From Acidobacteriota bacterium (GTDB lineage Bacteria; Acidobacteriota; Thermoanaerobaculia; Gp7-AA8), in NCBI GenBank assembly GCA_019244185.1, contig JAFATB010000011.1, forward strand, positions 64,504 through 128,503: a stretch of DNA of 64,000 nucleotides. The letters are read 5' to 3'. Under the pieces are notes generated by a model. The model saw only the letters and a list, made by a program, of their open reading frames with translations, did not search any database and had not been told where the DNA came from. Position numbers and translations under genes: made by a program. Shown here piece after piece: positions 16,834-26,931 of this stretch (position 1 is its first letter; each line of letters starts with the position of its first letter).

Positions 16834-18408
16834 ATGTCCTACCAGGCTCTCGCGCGGAAATATCGCCCCCAAACCTTTCAGGACATCGTCGGCCAGGAAA
16901 CGGCCGTGCGGACGCTGCGCAATGCCATCGAGGACGAGCGCATCCATCACGCGTACCTCTTCTCCGGCGTCCGCGGCGTCGGCAAAACGACCCTCGCGCG
17001 CATCCTCGCCAAGGCGCTGAACTGCGAGCACGGACCGACGCGGGATCCCGACAACACGTGCACGATCTGCCGCGAGATCACCGAAGGCATCGACCTCGAC
17101 GTCCGGGAGATCGATGCCGCGACGTACACCGGCGTCGACAACGTCCGGGAGCTCCGCGACGTCTCGCAGTTCCAGCCCGCGCGCGACCACTACCGCATCT
17201 TCATCATCGACGAAGCGCACATGCTCTCCACCGCGTCGTGGAACGCATTGCTCAAGCTCATCGAGGAGCCGCCGCCGCACGTCGTCTTCATGTTCGCGAC
17301 GACGGAGATGCAGAAGGTTCCCACCACGATCATCTCCCGCACGCAGAAGATCCTGTTGCGCAAGATCAACCTCGACGATCTGATCAAACGCCTCGCCGAC
17401 GTCTGCCGCATGGAAGGCATCGAAGCCACGCGTCCCGCGCTCGAGATCATCGCCCGCCGCGGCGAAGGCAGCGTGCGCGACTCGCTCTCGCTGCTCGACC
17501 AGATCATCGCCTTCAGCGGACGCTCCATCGACGTCGAGGACGTCGCCACGGTCCTCGGCCTCTCCGACACGAACTTCTTCGCGCGCGTCATCACCGAGAT
17601 CGCCGACGGCGATCATGCGGCGATTCTCGAGGCGCTGCAGGAGGCTGCCGACACCGGCCGCGATTTCAAGATGCTGTATCGCGACCTCCTCAACTTCGTG
17701 CGCAACCTCATGCTCATCGCCGGCGGCGCGAACGAGTCGATGCTCTCCGTGCAGCCGGAAGATCTGCCGACGCTGCAGAAGGTCGCGGAAAAGTTCTCGT
17801 ACAGCGATCTGCTGCGCATCGCGAACCTCCTCCTGCGCGACGACGAGACCGTGAATCGCGCCGAGCATCAGCGCCTCGCCGTCGAGATCGCACTGCTCAA
17901 AGCGGCAACGTTCCCGCGCCTCAAAGCCGTGGAACAGGTGCTCGCCAGCGACACGTCGACCGCGACCGCTTCGCCCGCCGCCCCGCGCGTGCGCGCCGTC
18001 GAGAAGCCGGCGCAGCGTCCCGCCGCCGCTGCGAACACGACGACGTCCGCCGCCAGCGTCGACACCGGCTCCGCCGACGCGTTTCTCGAGCGCGCGAAGA
18101 AAGCGCGTCCGCTCCTCGGCGGGTATCTCACCGGCGCGAAGCACGCGGCGAAAGAGGGCAATCGCATCACGCTGACCTTCGACGACCCGCACCTCGCCGA
18201 GCCGCTCGCCGATGAACGCGCGGCCCTCGAGAAGATCGCGGCCGAGGTGTATGGAGCGCCGACGCAGGTCATCATTGAGACCCACAACGACGAGAAGCCC
18301 GGCGGTCGACGCGCCGAAGACAAGCCGTCTCCGCTGCGCGACGATCCCGTGCTCAGCTCGTTCCGCAAGCACCTCGGCGGCGAGCTGCTGAAGGAGAGCA
18401 AACGATGA
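16834..18408 (+). CDS. dnaX: DNA polymerase III subunit gamma/tau
   Basis: [41 protein letters not shown]. Confidence 0.98.
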   Translation: MSYQALARKYRPQTFQDIVGQETAVRTLRNAIEDERIHHAYLFSGVRGVGKTTLARILAKALNCEHGPTRDPDNTCTICREITEGIDLDVREIDAATYTGVDNVRELRDVSQFQPARDHYRIFIIDEAHMLSTASWNALLKLIEEPPPHVVFMFATTEMQKVPTTIISRTQKILLRKINLDDLIKRLADVCRMEGIEATRPALEIIARRGEGSVRDSLSLLDQIIAFSGRSIDVEDVATVLGLSDTNFFARVITEIADGDHAAILEALQEAADTGRDFKMLYRDLLNFVRNLMLIAGGANESMLSVQPEDLPTLQKVAEKFSYSDLLRIANLLLRDDETVNRAEHQRLAVEIALLKAATFPRLKAVEQVLASDTSTATASPAAPRVRAVEKPAQRPAAAANTTTSAASVDTGSADAFLERAKKARPLLGGYLTGAKHAAKEGNRITLTFDDPHLAEPLADERAALEKIAAEVYGAPTQVIIETHNDEKPGGRRAEDKPSPLRDDPVLSSFRKHLGGELLKESKR

Positions 18409-18701
18409 ACATCAAACAGCTGATGAAACAAGCGCAGCAGATGCAGGACCAGATGCAGCGCCAGATGTCTTCGATCAAGGTCGAAGGCACGGCCGGCGGC
18501 GGCATGGTCAAGGCGACGATGTCGGGCAACAAGGAACTGCTCGAGCTGACGATCGACAAGGAAGCGGTCGATCCCGACGACGTCGAGATGCTGCAGGACC
18601 TCGTCAAAGCCGCGATCAACGAAGCCGCGCGCAAGGTCGACGAGGAGATGAACTCGTCCCTCGGCGCTATGACCGGCGGGATGAAGATTCCGGGTTTCTG
18701 A
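18405..18701 (+). CDS. ybaB: YbaB/EbfC nucleoid-associated protein
   Basis: MKQAQQMQ...GTAGGGMV...[11 protein letters not shown]; located between dnaX and recR. Confidence 0.96.
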   Translation: MNIKQLMKQAQQMQDQMQRQMSSIKVEGTAGGGMVKATMSGNKELLELTIDKEAVDPDDVEMLQDLVKAAINEAARKVDEEMNSSLGAMTGGMKIPGF

Positions 18702-18705
18702 TCAC

Positions 18706-19299
18706 TTGACTGCACCGCCTCTCGCAAACCTCATCAACGAGCTGACCAAGCTCCCCGGCGTCGGCGGCAAATCGGCGGCGCGGCTCGCGTATCACATCCT
18801 CAAACGCTCGGCCGCGGAAGCCGAGGCGCTGGCGACGGCGATTCTGGATGTGAAGACGAAGATCTTCCGCTGCTCGGTCTGCAACAACATGACGGACGTG
18901 GAGCCGTGCGCGATCTGCGCGGATCCGCGCCGCGATCCGTCGCTCATCTGCGTCGTCGAGGAAGCCTTCAACATCCAGACGATCGAGTCGACGCGCGACT
19001 TCAAAGGCGTCTATCACGTGCTCCTCGGCGCGCTCTCGCCGCTGAAAGGCATCGGTCCGCAGGACATCGATGTAGCCGGGCTCGTGAAACGCGTGCAGAG
19101 CGGGGAGCTGCGCGAGATCATCATCGCCACGAACCCGAACGTCGAAGGGGAGGCGACCGCGCTCTACATCGCGCAGCAGCTTCGCCCGCTGGGCGTGCGC
19201 ACGACGCGGCTCGCGTTCGGCTTACCGGTGGGCGGCGACCTCGAATACGCGGACCAGGTGACGATGGCCAAAGCACTCGAAGGGCGTCGCGAGATCTGA
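18706..19299 (+). CDS. recR: Recombination mediator RecR
   Basis: [14 protein letters not shown]4 zinc finger, [28 protein letters not shown]. Confidence 0.98.
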   Translation: MTAPPLANLINELTKLPGVGGKSAARLAYHILKRSAAEAEALATAILDVKTKIFRCSVCNNMTDVEPCAICADPRRDPSLICVVEEAFNIQTIESTRDFKGVYHVLLGALSPLKGIGPQDIDVAGLVKRVQSGELREIIIATNPNVEGEATALYIAQQLRPLGVRTTRLAFGLPVGGDLEYADQVTMAKALEGRREI

Positions 19300-19381
19300 T
19301 CCTCAGCGACAGAAATCTAGGCTCACAACTCGTCCTGTGCTATACATTTGCGTCCCTTCCGGGCAGAGAAAATGGTGAACA

Positions 19382-19882
19382 ATGGCGGCTCCTGATCTCG
19401 TGATGTACGAGGAGGAGTACCAGCAGATCAAGGACATCCTTCATCGTCTGCAGGTCGACTCCAACTCGAAGATCGTCTTTCTGGTCGACAAGAACGGCCA
19501 GCAGATCGCCGTGGAAGGCGACATGCGCGGCGTCGACGCGACGTCACTCGCTTCTCTCACCGCCGGCAACGTCGCCGCGACCGACGGCCTCGCGAAACTG
19601 ATCGGCGAGAAGGAGTTCTCGATCCTCTTCCACGAAGGGGAGCGCGACAACATCCACATCTCGCTCGTCGCGCAGCGCGTGATCCTCGTCGTCATCTTCG
19701 ACGAGAAGTCATCGCTCGGCCTCGTGCGCCTGCGCGTGAAGAAAGCCTCGCAGGAGCTCGAGCGCACGTTCGAGCAGCTGCTCCGCAAGGCGGAGGCGGA
19801 CCGCGGCTCGATGGCCAACCGCTTCGACTCGCCCTTCGCCGAGATTACCGACGAAGACATCGACAGCCTGTTCAGCGAATAA
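19382..19882 (+). CDS. mglB: Roadblock/LC7 GTPase-activating protein MglB
   Basis: [53 protein letters not shown]. Confidence 0.95.
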   Translation: MAAPDLVMYEEEYQQIKDILHRLQVDSNSKIVFLVDKNGQQIAVEGDMRGVDATSLASLTAGNVAATDGLAKLIGEKEFSILFHEGERDNIHISLVAQRVILVVIFDEKSSLGLVRLRVKKASQELERTFEQLLRKAEADRGSMANRFDSPFAEITDEDIDSLFSE

Positions 19883-19887
19883 GCCCC

Positions 19888-20472
19888 ATGACGTTCATCA
19901 ACTACGCTGCGCGGGAAATCAACTGCAAGATCGTCTACTACGGTCCCGGCCTCTGCGGGAAGACGACGAACCTGCAGTGGATCTACGACAAGACCAACCC
20001 GCAGGCGAAAGGGAAGCTGATCTCCCTCGCCACCGAAACCGATCGCACGCTCTTCTTCGACTTCCTCCCGCTCGACCTCGGCACCGTGCGCGGCTTCAAG
20101 ACGCGCTTCCACCTCTACACCGTTCCCGGCCAGGTCTTCTACGACGCGTCGCGCAAGCTGATCCTGAAGGGCGTCGACGGCGTCGTCTTCGTGGCCGACT
20201 CGCAGGAAGCGCGCATGGAAGCGAACATCGAGTCGCTGCAGAACCTCGAGAAGAACCTCCGCGAGCAGGGCTACGAGCTGAAGACCGTGCCGTACGTCCT
20301 GCAGTTCAACAAGCGCGATCTCCCCACCGCGCTGCCCGCCGACCAGATGTACGGCCAGCTCAACTTCAAAGGCGAGCCGACGTTCGAGGCCGTGGCGATG
20401 AACGGCACCGGCGTCTTCGACACGCTCAAGGCCGTCGCAAAGCTGGTGCTGACGGAGCTCAAGAAGAAGTAG
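19888..20472 (+). CDS. mglA: Small GTPase MglA
   Basis: [40 protein letters not shown]. Confidence 0.97.
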   Translation: MTFINYAAREINCKIVYYGPGLCGKTTNLQWIYDKTNPQAKGKLISLATETDRTLFFDFLPLDLGTVRGFKTRFHLYTVPGQVFYDASRKLILKGVDGVVFVADSQEARMEANIESLQNLEKNLREQGYELKTVPYVLQFNKRDLPTALPADQMYGQLNFKGEPTFEAVAMNGTGVFDTLKAVAKLVLTELKKK

Positions 20473-20483
20473 GCTGTCGGCGT

Positions 20484-21686
20484 ATGGAACGCCGCTTCCG
20501 CGAGCTCTTCAACGCGCAGTTCACCAGCGAGCTGTACGAGTTCTACAAAGCCGATCTCTCCCGCCGCACCGGCACGTCGTTCGAGTTCCGCCTCGCCGAG
20601 TCGCCGCTCTTCCTCTCTGACGACTTCAAGCAGCGCGCGGTCGAGAGCGCGACGGCGATCGTCGAGCAGCTCTCCGATCCCGCGCTCATCGCGCGCATGA
20701 AAGCCGCGATTCCGGAGCGGTGGAACACGCCCGGCATGGACGCGCTGCCGAACCTCGCGCAGGTCGACTTCGCGGTCGTCCGTGACGCGGACGGCCGCTA
20801 CGTGCCGAAGCTCATCGAGCTGCAGGGCTTTCCCTCGCTCACCGCGCTGCAGATCGTGCAGCGCGACGCGTGGGTGGAAACGCTCGCGCGCATGGACGGC
20901 CTCGACCTCGCGTGGTCGTGCTGGTTCTCCGGCTACGACCGCACGTCGTTCATCGATCTCGCGCGCCGCACCATCGTCGGCAAAAACGATCCCGCGGAAG
21001 TGATCCTCATGGATCTCGATCCGCCGCGGCAGAAGACGTATCCAGACTTCGCGGCGACGAAGCTCCTCTTCGACGTCGACGCCGTCGATCCGGTGACGCT
21101 CGTCAAGCGCGGGAAGCAGCTCTTCCGCAGCGACGGCACGCCGGTGCGCCGCATCTACAACCGCGTCGTGTTCGACGAGCTGATCGCGAAGGGAATCACG
21201 CTGCCGTTCGATTATCGCGAAGAGCTCGACGTCGAATGGGCGCCGCACCCGAACTGGTACTGGGTGTGGTCAAAGTACTCGCTGCCGTTCCTGCAGCACG
21301 AGTCGGTGCCGCGCGCGACGTTCGTCTCCGACCTCGAGCGCATCCCCGACGATCTCTCGCGCTACGTGCTCAAGCCGCTCTTCTCGTTCGCCGGCGGCGG
21401 CGTGAACGTCGACCCGACGCGCGCCGACGTCGAGGCGATCCCGGAAGACGAGCGCCACGCGTGGTGCCTGCAGGAGAAGATCGAGTACGAGCCGGCGCTG
21501 CAAGCAGCCGACGGCGGCGGCGTGAAGATCGAGATTCGCCTCATGTTTCTGCGGCCCGATGACGAAGCGAAGCCGATCCTCGCGCAGAACCTCGTCCGTC
21601 TCTCGCGCGGCAAGATGCTCGGCGTCGACTTCAACAAGCAGTTCACGTGGGTGGGTTCGTCGGTCGGGTTGTCGCTCACTTCGTAG
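20484..21686 (+). CDS. Uncharacterised ATP-grasp-like protein
   Basis: QVDF, PKLIELQGFPSL, IYNRVVFDEL, HPNW, YVLKPLFSFAGGGV, LQEKIEY, EIRLM: pattern of circularly permuted / glutathionylspermidine-synthase-like ATP-grasp ligases. Confidence 0.7.
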   Translation: MERRFRELFNAQFTSELYEFYKADLSRRTGTSFEFRLAESPLFLSDDFKQRAVESATAIVEQLSDPALIARMKAAIPERWNTPGMDALPNLAQVDFAVVRDADGRYVPKLIELQGFPSLTALQIVQRDAWVETLARMDGLDLAWSCWFSGYDRTSFIDLARRTIVGKNDPAEVILMDLDPPRQKTYPDFAATKLLFDVDAVDPVTLVKRGKQLFRSDGTPVRRIYNRVVFDELIAKGITLPFDYREELDVEWAPHPNWYWVWSKYSLPFLQHESVPRATFVSDLERIPDDLSRYVLKPLFSFAGGGVNVDPTRADVEAIPEDERHAWCLQEKIEYEPALQAADGGGVKIEIRLMFLRPDDEAKPILAQNLVRLSRGKMLGVDFNKQFTWVGSSVGLSLTS

Positions 21687-22539
21687 CGATGTGCTTCTCG
21701 ACCATCCGCCACTGCACCTCGGCGGTGTGGTCCTTCACGCCGATGTGCGTGTACGGCTCCGCGTCGTACGTGACTTCCGCGTCCTGACCCGGAATGCGGC
21801 ACGTCGACTCGTCGCCGACGAGCGTCTTGAAGCCGATCACGTTGTCCGCGCTCGACCAGATCGTGTAGACGTGCGCGCCTTCGTAGTGATGCCGTGTGTT
21901 GAGCGCGGCGAGAAATGCGGACGTTGGAGCAAAGCCGTCGGTCGGATTGCACGCGGGCATCCCCGGCGCGGCGAGCGCGCAGCCGGCGAGACCGCGATTC
22001 GCGCCGGCGATGCCGACGAACGTGTCGATCGATGACGTGAGCGGCGCGCCGAGCGTTCCGCCGCCAGCGATGACGCGCCGCGCGAGCGTGACGCCCATCG
22101 AGTGCGCGACGATGTCCACTCTCTTCGCGCCGGTGTACGCCTTCACCGCCTCGATGAATGCGCGCAGTCGCGTGACATACACGTCGCTGTGCGTCTGCAG
22201 CAACGCCTGCGAGAGATCCGCCGGACCCCACGTCGTCGCGTACAGCTCGGCCGGCGTGTAGCCGTGCGCCTGGAACTCGTCGATGCTCGCGCGCCAGCCG
22301 GTCAGTCCTTTCACGCCAGTGCCGAGCGCGGAGTCGGAGTTGCCGTGGATGAAGATCACCGGCTCGTGGCGCACGCGCTGCCGCGCCGACGTGCGTCCGC
22401 CGAAGCTGCCGCCGGGCACGTCCGCGCGCGCGAAGTCGTACGCGCCGTAGCCGTGCGTCTGCAGCCATTTCTGAAAATCCGGCGTGAGCTGCGCGTGCGC
22501 GGAGGTGGCGAGGAGCAGCGCGAGGAAGAGGTAACGCAT
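21676..22539 (-). CDS. Secreted lipase (Lipase_2 / AHSMG type)
   Basis: Signal peptide, PVIFIHGNSD, ELYATTWG, VDIVAHSMG. Confidence 0.9.
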   Translation of the reverse strand: MRYLFLALLLATSAHAQLTPDFQKWLQTHGYGAYDFARADVPGGSFGGRTSARQRVRHEPVIFIHGNSDSALGTGVKGLTGWRASIDEFQAHGYTPAELYATTWGPADLSQALLQTHSDVYVTRLRAFIEAVKAYTGAKRVDIVAHSMGVTLARRVIAGGGTLGAPLTSSIDTFVGIAGANRGLAGCALAAPGMPACNPTDGFAPTSAFLAALNTRHHYEGAHVYTIWSSADNVIGFKTLVGDESTCRIPGQDAEVTYDAEPYTHIGVKDHTAEVQWRMVEKHIATK

Positions 22540-22562
22540 ATGGCTTGCATGATACCGACGGC

Positions 22563-23210
22563 ATGAGGCTCGACAGCCAGCTGAACGTCGTCACCGCCGC
22601 GCCGCTCATTCCTCCGAGTCCGACGCTGACGAAGCTGCGGACCGTCGCCGCCGAATGCAAGGCGTGCGATCTCTGGAAGACGGGCACGCAGACGGTGTTC
22701 GGCGAAGGGAGGCCGTCGTCGCTGATCATGTTCGTCGGCGAGCAGCCGGGCGACAAGGAAGACCTCTCCGGAAAGCCGTTCGTCGGTCCCGCCGGCGCGC
22801 TGCTCGACAAGTCGCTCGAGGAAGCGGGCATCGACCGCGCGAAGGTCTACGTCACGAACGTCGTGAAGCATTTCAAATGGGAGCCGCGCGGCAAGCGCCG
22901 CATCCACAAGAAGCCGAACGCCGTCGAGATCACCGCGTGCCGGCCGTGGCTGCAGGCGGAGATCCGCGTGATCAAGCCGCGCGCGATCATCTGCCTCGGC
23001 TCAACGGCCGCGCAGGCGATCATCGGCCCGAAGTTCCGCGTGTCGACGCAGCGCGCGCAGTTCGTCGAGTCGGAGCTCGCCGAGTACGTGACCGCGACCG
23101 TGCATCCGTCGTCGATTCTGCGCGCGCCGTCCGACGAGGCGCGGCATCTCGAACGCGCGCGTTTCGTCGACGATCTGAAGAAGATCCGCGCCGCGCTCGC
23201 GTCGCTGTAG
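22563..23210 (+). CDS. udgX: UdgX-family uracil-DNA binding glycosylase
   Basis: Fe-S cysteines (CKAC), GEQPG, PFVGPAG, HFKWEPRGKRRIHKKP (KRRIH R-loop), HPSSILR. Confidence 0.9.
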   Translation: MRLDSQLNVVTAAPLIPPSPTLTKLRTVAAECKACDLWKTGTQTVFGEGRPSSLIMFVGEQPGDKEDLSGKPFVGPAGALLDKSLEEAGIDRAKVYVTNVVKHFKWEPRGKRRIHKKPNAVEITACRPWLQAEIRVIKPRAIICLGSTAAQAIIGPKFRVSTQRAQFVESELAEYVTATVHPSSILRAPSDEARHLERARFVDDLKKIRAALASL

Positions 23211-23216
23211 TAGAAC

Positions 23217-26200
23217 TCACTTCAGCAGTTTGGGCGGTTCCGTCCGCACGAACTCCGCGAAGTCGCGCCGCGCCTCCGCTGCACGCGGGCGGTTCGCGCG
23301 CGTGTAGCAGTCCGCGCGCAGCTCGAGGATGTGGCGGCGCCACGGCACGTTCGGCTCGAGATCTTCGATCGCGGCGATGAGCGCCGGTCCGCAGCGTTCG
23401 TACTTTTCGGCGACGCCGACGCGGATGATGTCGCGCGCGTCTTCCCATTGCCATTCGGCGAACGGCTGGCGCAGCGCCTCGATCACGTACGGCGCGGCCG
23501 CGTGGTCGTCGGCCAGCGTCATGGCCGTGTCGTAGGAGTTGCGCATGATCGACGGCATCGGCCACGGGTTCGTGCGATAGCCGCCGTACGCGCGCAGCAG
23601 CGCCTGCGCGGCCTCGACGTTGCGCTGCTGCCGCATGCGCAGCCGCGCCAGCGCCGCATCCGCTTCGATCGGCTCCGAGCGGCGCAGCGCGGCGATGACC
23701 GTCTCCGCATTGGGATCGTTCGCGTCCGCGAGCACCCATGCGAGCGTCATCAGCTCGTGCGAGTTCACCGGCTGCCACGGCCCGGCGTGCTGCCAGATCT
23801 GATACGCCTGCGCGTACTCGCGCCGCTCGTACGCTGACGCGAAGCCGTAGCGCGGATCGTTCGCCGGAAAGACCGTGGCGCGGTTCCGCTCGACGAGCGC
23901 CCAGTCGAGCGGACCGCGCAGATCGGCGGGACGTCCGGCGTCGACCTCGCGCGCCGCGTCGTAGATGCTCATCATCGAGAACGAGCCTTGCGCGAGCGTG
24001 CGCGCGAAGCTGAACTCGATGATCGTGCGGTCGTCGGTGTTGAGCTCCGCGTCGCGCGCGATGCGGCTCGCCACGCGGCTCGACGCCATGAAGTGCGAGT
24101 ACAGACCTTCGAGTGACTCGACGCGCCACGTGTCGTGAATGGCCGTGCGATACGGCTCGGTGAGCATCCGCCGGCGCAGCACGTCCGTGTCGCGCGTGAG
24201 CGGCTTCTTCGATGCGAGCAGCAGCAGGTCGCCCTTCGTCGTCCACCACGTCTCGATGTACGGAAAGACGGTGTGCAGCGTGCCGTAGACCGTGCGGATC
24301 GTGTCGGCGTCCGCGGCGTACGTCTGCATCCATTGCGCGAAGATGCCGCCGTCGTTGAGGCGGTCCGCCGCGGAGCGATACCACTCGTGCGTGTAGAGGC
24401 TGGCGATGCCTGCGCGGTACGGATTCGACGGCTCCGAGAAGATGACGTCGTAGTGGCGGCGGCTCGTGACGAGGATCTCGCGCGCGTCGCCGACCGTGAT
24501 GTGCACCTTCGGGTTGCGCAGCACGCCGCGGTTGACGAGCGCGTAGTCGTTCGACGCGTCGACCACCACCGGCTCGAGCTCGATCGCGTCGACGCGCTCC
24601 ATCGACGGAATGCTGCCCAGCCATCCTGCCGTCGTTCCGGTGCCGAGGCCGACCACGGCACACGTGCGCGGATTCGGATGGAAGAACGCCGGCAGGATGC
24701 CGCTCATCACCTGCGTGCCCGCATCGGCGCGCGCGGTGCCGTCCGACTTTCCGTTGACGATGAGGCTGAGGTCCGTCTCGCGATAGAGCGCGATGCTGCT
24801 CTCGCGGCCGTCGGCGTCCCACAGCAGCGTGCGCCGCTCCCGCGCCATCCAGTCGTGTGCTTCCTGCGCGCTCAGCGGCATCTTCGCGCGCGCGGCGCCG
24901 ATGCCGGAGTGGCGCCACGGCGCGGTCGGGCCCATCGCGCGCGTCCCGAGCATCGCGAAGATCGCCGCGACGACCGCCGCGATCGCGAGCGCGCGCTGCT
25001 GCTGCCGCACCGCATGCAGCACCGCGACGAGACCGAGCAGCGTGAGCAGGATCGCCACGAGCTCCCACGCCCCGGGCGCGGTGAGGAGCGGCAGGAGACC
25101 GAAGCCGCCGAGGAGCGAGCCGGTGATCGCGCCGGCGGTGTTCCACGCGTAGGCGAGACCGACGTCGTGGCCGACGCCTTCGCGTCCGCGCCCGAGGAGC
25201 GAGATCATCAGCGGGAACTGCACACCGGACACGAATGCCGCGGGGAACACCACCAGCGTCGTGATCATCGTCCAGCGCAGCACATGTCCGAAGAAGCCGA
25301 GCGTGCCGACCGGCTGCAGGTACAACGTGAAGAGCGCGATGCGATCGCCGAGCGCGTACGGGATGATCACGAACAGCGCCTCGAGCGTGCACGTGAGCGC
25401 GAAGCCGCCCGCCGACGCGGTGCCGCCGCGCGACCAGAACGAGTACGCCGCGCCGCCGAGTCCGATGCCCGCGAGCGCGACGGCGAGGATCAGTCCGAAC
25501 ATGAACGTCGTGCCGCCGAGGAGCGGCGAGAGCATGCGGTACCAGACCAGCTCCATCAGCAGGAAGACGAAGCCGGTCGTGCCGGCCGCGACGAGGACGA
25601 AGCGTCGCGGCGTCGCCGCGGGCTCCGTGGTCTCGTGCGCGTCGGAGGTCGCGTGCGTGGTCGCGTCGCCGCGCGACGTCGCGATCGCGATTCCGCCGAC
25701 GAGCACGTTGACGACGACCGCGAGGAGCAGCGTGCCGCGATTGCCGAGGTGTTCGAGGAGGTAGAACGACGACACGAGCGTGCCGGTGACGGCGCCGAGC
25801 GTGTTCGTGCCGTACAGCAGCGCGAGCCGCTTGCGTCCGGCGTCGTCATCCGTCTCGACCGCGCGCGCGGCGGCGGGCAAGGTGCCGCCCATGAGGATCG
25901 TCGGCACGGCGAGCACGAGCGCGGAGAGCACGAGCCGCACGATCGTGGCGAGCACAAGTCCCATCGCCACCGAGCCGCCGCTCATGATGTAGATCCAGCG
26001 GACGAACAGCAGGATCAGCGGCGTGATCGCCGCCGAGAGCGCGATCGCGATCTCGAGCTTTCCGTAAAACGCGAGGGGACGTTCCGCGGCGTCGGCGCGA
26101 CGTCCCAGCAACGCGCTGCCGACGCCGAGGCCGCCCATGAAGATCGCCAGGACGGCGGCGGTCGCGTACGTCGACGTGCCGAAGATGACGCGGAACTGCC

Positions 26201-26282
26201 GCAGCCACGACGTCTGATAGATGAGCGCGCACGCGCCGGAGCCGAAGAGGAGCGCCGCGGCTTTCCACGTACTCCGCGTCAT
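23217..26282 (-). CDS. Fused multi-TM membrane domain / spermidine synthase-like protein
   Basis: FGSGACALIYQ and two membrane repeats, then VNGKSD, GLGTG, IELEP, GDARE, YDVIFSEPSNP. Confidence 0.9.
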   Translation of the reverse strand: MTRSTWKAAALLFGSGACALIYQTSWLRQFRVIFGTSTYATAAVLAIFMGGLGVGSALLGRRADAAERPLAFYGKLEIAIALSAAITPLILLFVRWIYIMSGGSVAMGLVLATIVRLVLSALVLAVPTILMGGTLPAAARAVETDDDAGRKRLALLYGTNTLGAVTGTLVSSFYLLEHLGNRGTLLLAVVVNVLVGGIAIATSRGDATTHATSDAHETTEPAATPRRFVLVAAGTTGFVFLLMELVWYRMLSPLLGGTTFMFGLILAVALAGIGLGGAAYSFWSRGGTASAGGFALTCTLEALFVIIPYALGDRIALFTLYLQPVGTLGFFGHVLRWTMITTLVVFPAAFVSGVQFPLMISLLGRGREGVGHDVGLAYAWNTAGAITGSLLGGFGLLPLLTAPGAWELVAILLTLLGLVAVLHAVRQQQRALAIAAVVAAIFAMLGTRAMGPTAPWRHSGIGAARAKMPLSAQEAHDWMARERRTLLWDADGRESSIALYRETDLSLIVNGKSDGTARADAGTQVMSGILPAFFHPNPRTCAVVGLGTGTTAGWLGSIPSMERVDAIELEPVVVDASNDYALVNRGVLRNPKVHITVGDAREILVTSRRHYDVIFSEPSNPYRAGIASLYTHEWYRSAADRLNDGGIFAQWMQTYAADADTIRTVYGTLHTVFPYIETWWTTKGDLLLLASKKPLTRDTDVLRRRMLTEPYRTAIHDTWRVESLEGLYSHFMASSRVASRIARDAELNTDDRTIIEFSFARTLAQGSFSMMSIYDAAREVDAGRPADLRGPLDWALVERNRATVFPANDPRYGFASAYERREYAQAYQIWQHAGPWQPVNSHELMTLAWVLADANDPNAETVIAALRRSEPIEADAALARLRMRQQRNVEAAQALLRAYGGYRTNPWPMPSIMRNSYDTAMTLADDHAAAPYVIEALRQPFAEWQWEDARDIIRVGVAEKYERCGPALIAAIEDLEPNVPWRRHILELRADCYTRANRPRAAEARRDFAEFVRTEPPKLLK

Positions 26283-26749
26283 GGCTGGTTCGAGCGGCAA
26301 CGCTCCGCATAAACGCTGGCAAGCGCGTGCGGATCGCCCGGCGCGACGATCGCGTGCACGAGCGCGACGAGATCCTTCGGCAGCGGCGGCTCGTCGAGCC
26401 ACTTCGTCGCGCGCTTCGTGCCGGCGCGGTCGATCGTGAGATCCCACTCGATGCGATCGCAGCAAGTGTTCTCCGGCAGGTAGGATTCTTTCCACGTCCC
26501 GAGCCGCGCCGCCGCGAGCAGTTTCTCGACGCGCTGCAGTTCGGCGTCGCTCAGCTGATAGCTGCACTGCTTGCGCGTCATCGTCGTGACCGTCAGCGCG
26601 CCGGTCGAATCGAGCACGTAACTGCCGGCGCCGCGGCCGGCGATGCCGCCGCTCGATGCGAGCTCGAGGTGCCACGGACGGACGGGTCGCGGTGCGGCGG
26701 CACAGGCCGTCGCGAGGAGAGCGAGAAAAATCGCGCGAAGCGAAAGCAT
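26279..26749 (-). CDS. Lipoprotein, emfourin (protealysin inhibitor)-like
   Basis: Lipobox LATAC; SSGGIAG and CCDRIEWDLTI motifs. Confidence 0.65.
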   Translation of the reverse strand: MLSLRAIFLALLATACAAAPRPVRPWHLELASSGGIAGRGAGSYVLDSTGALTVTTMTRKQCSYQLSDAELQRVEKLLAAARLGTWKESYLPENTCCDRIEWDLTIDRAGTKRATKWLDEPPLPKDLVALVHAIVAPGDPHALASVYAERCRSNQP

Positions 26750-26821
26750 CGGCGCATTCTCCACGTTGTAGAGTCCGCGCGCAAAATCAGCACGTTTTCA
26801 TGCACTTTCTTGCGGGTTTTC

Positions 26822-26836
26822 GAACTGCCGTCGTAC
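26822..26836 (+). promoter_or_regulatory. Candidate LexA box upstream of recA
   Basis: GAAC-TGCCGTC-GTAC, i.e. GAAC-N7-GTAC, one mismatch from the GAAC-N7-GAAC direct-repeat SOS box. Confidence 0.4.
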
Positions 26837-26931
26837 ACTCGCTGCACCACACGAATGTCCCTGTCGAACCGACTTTTCCCGCGCCTCTCCTCGGCGAACG
26901 CTTCCTCGGGAAATGAATAAGGAGAAGGCTG

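Noticed and set aside
16834-18408. Programmed frameshift site in dnaX
   Set aside because: No A-AAA-AAG or long A-run slippery sequence seen.
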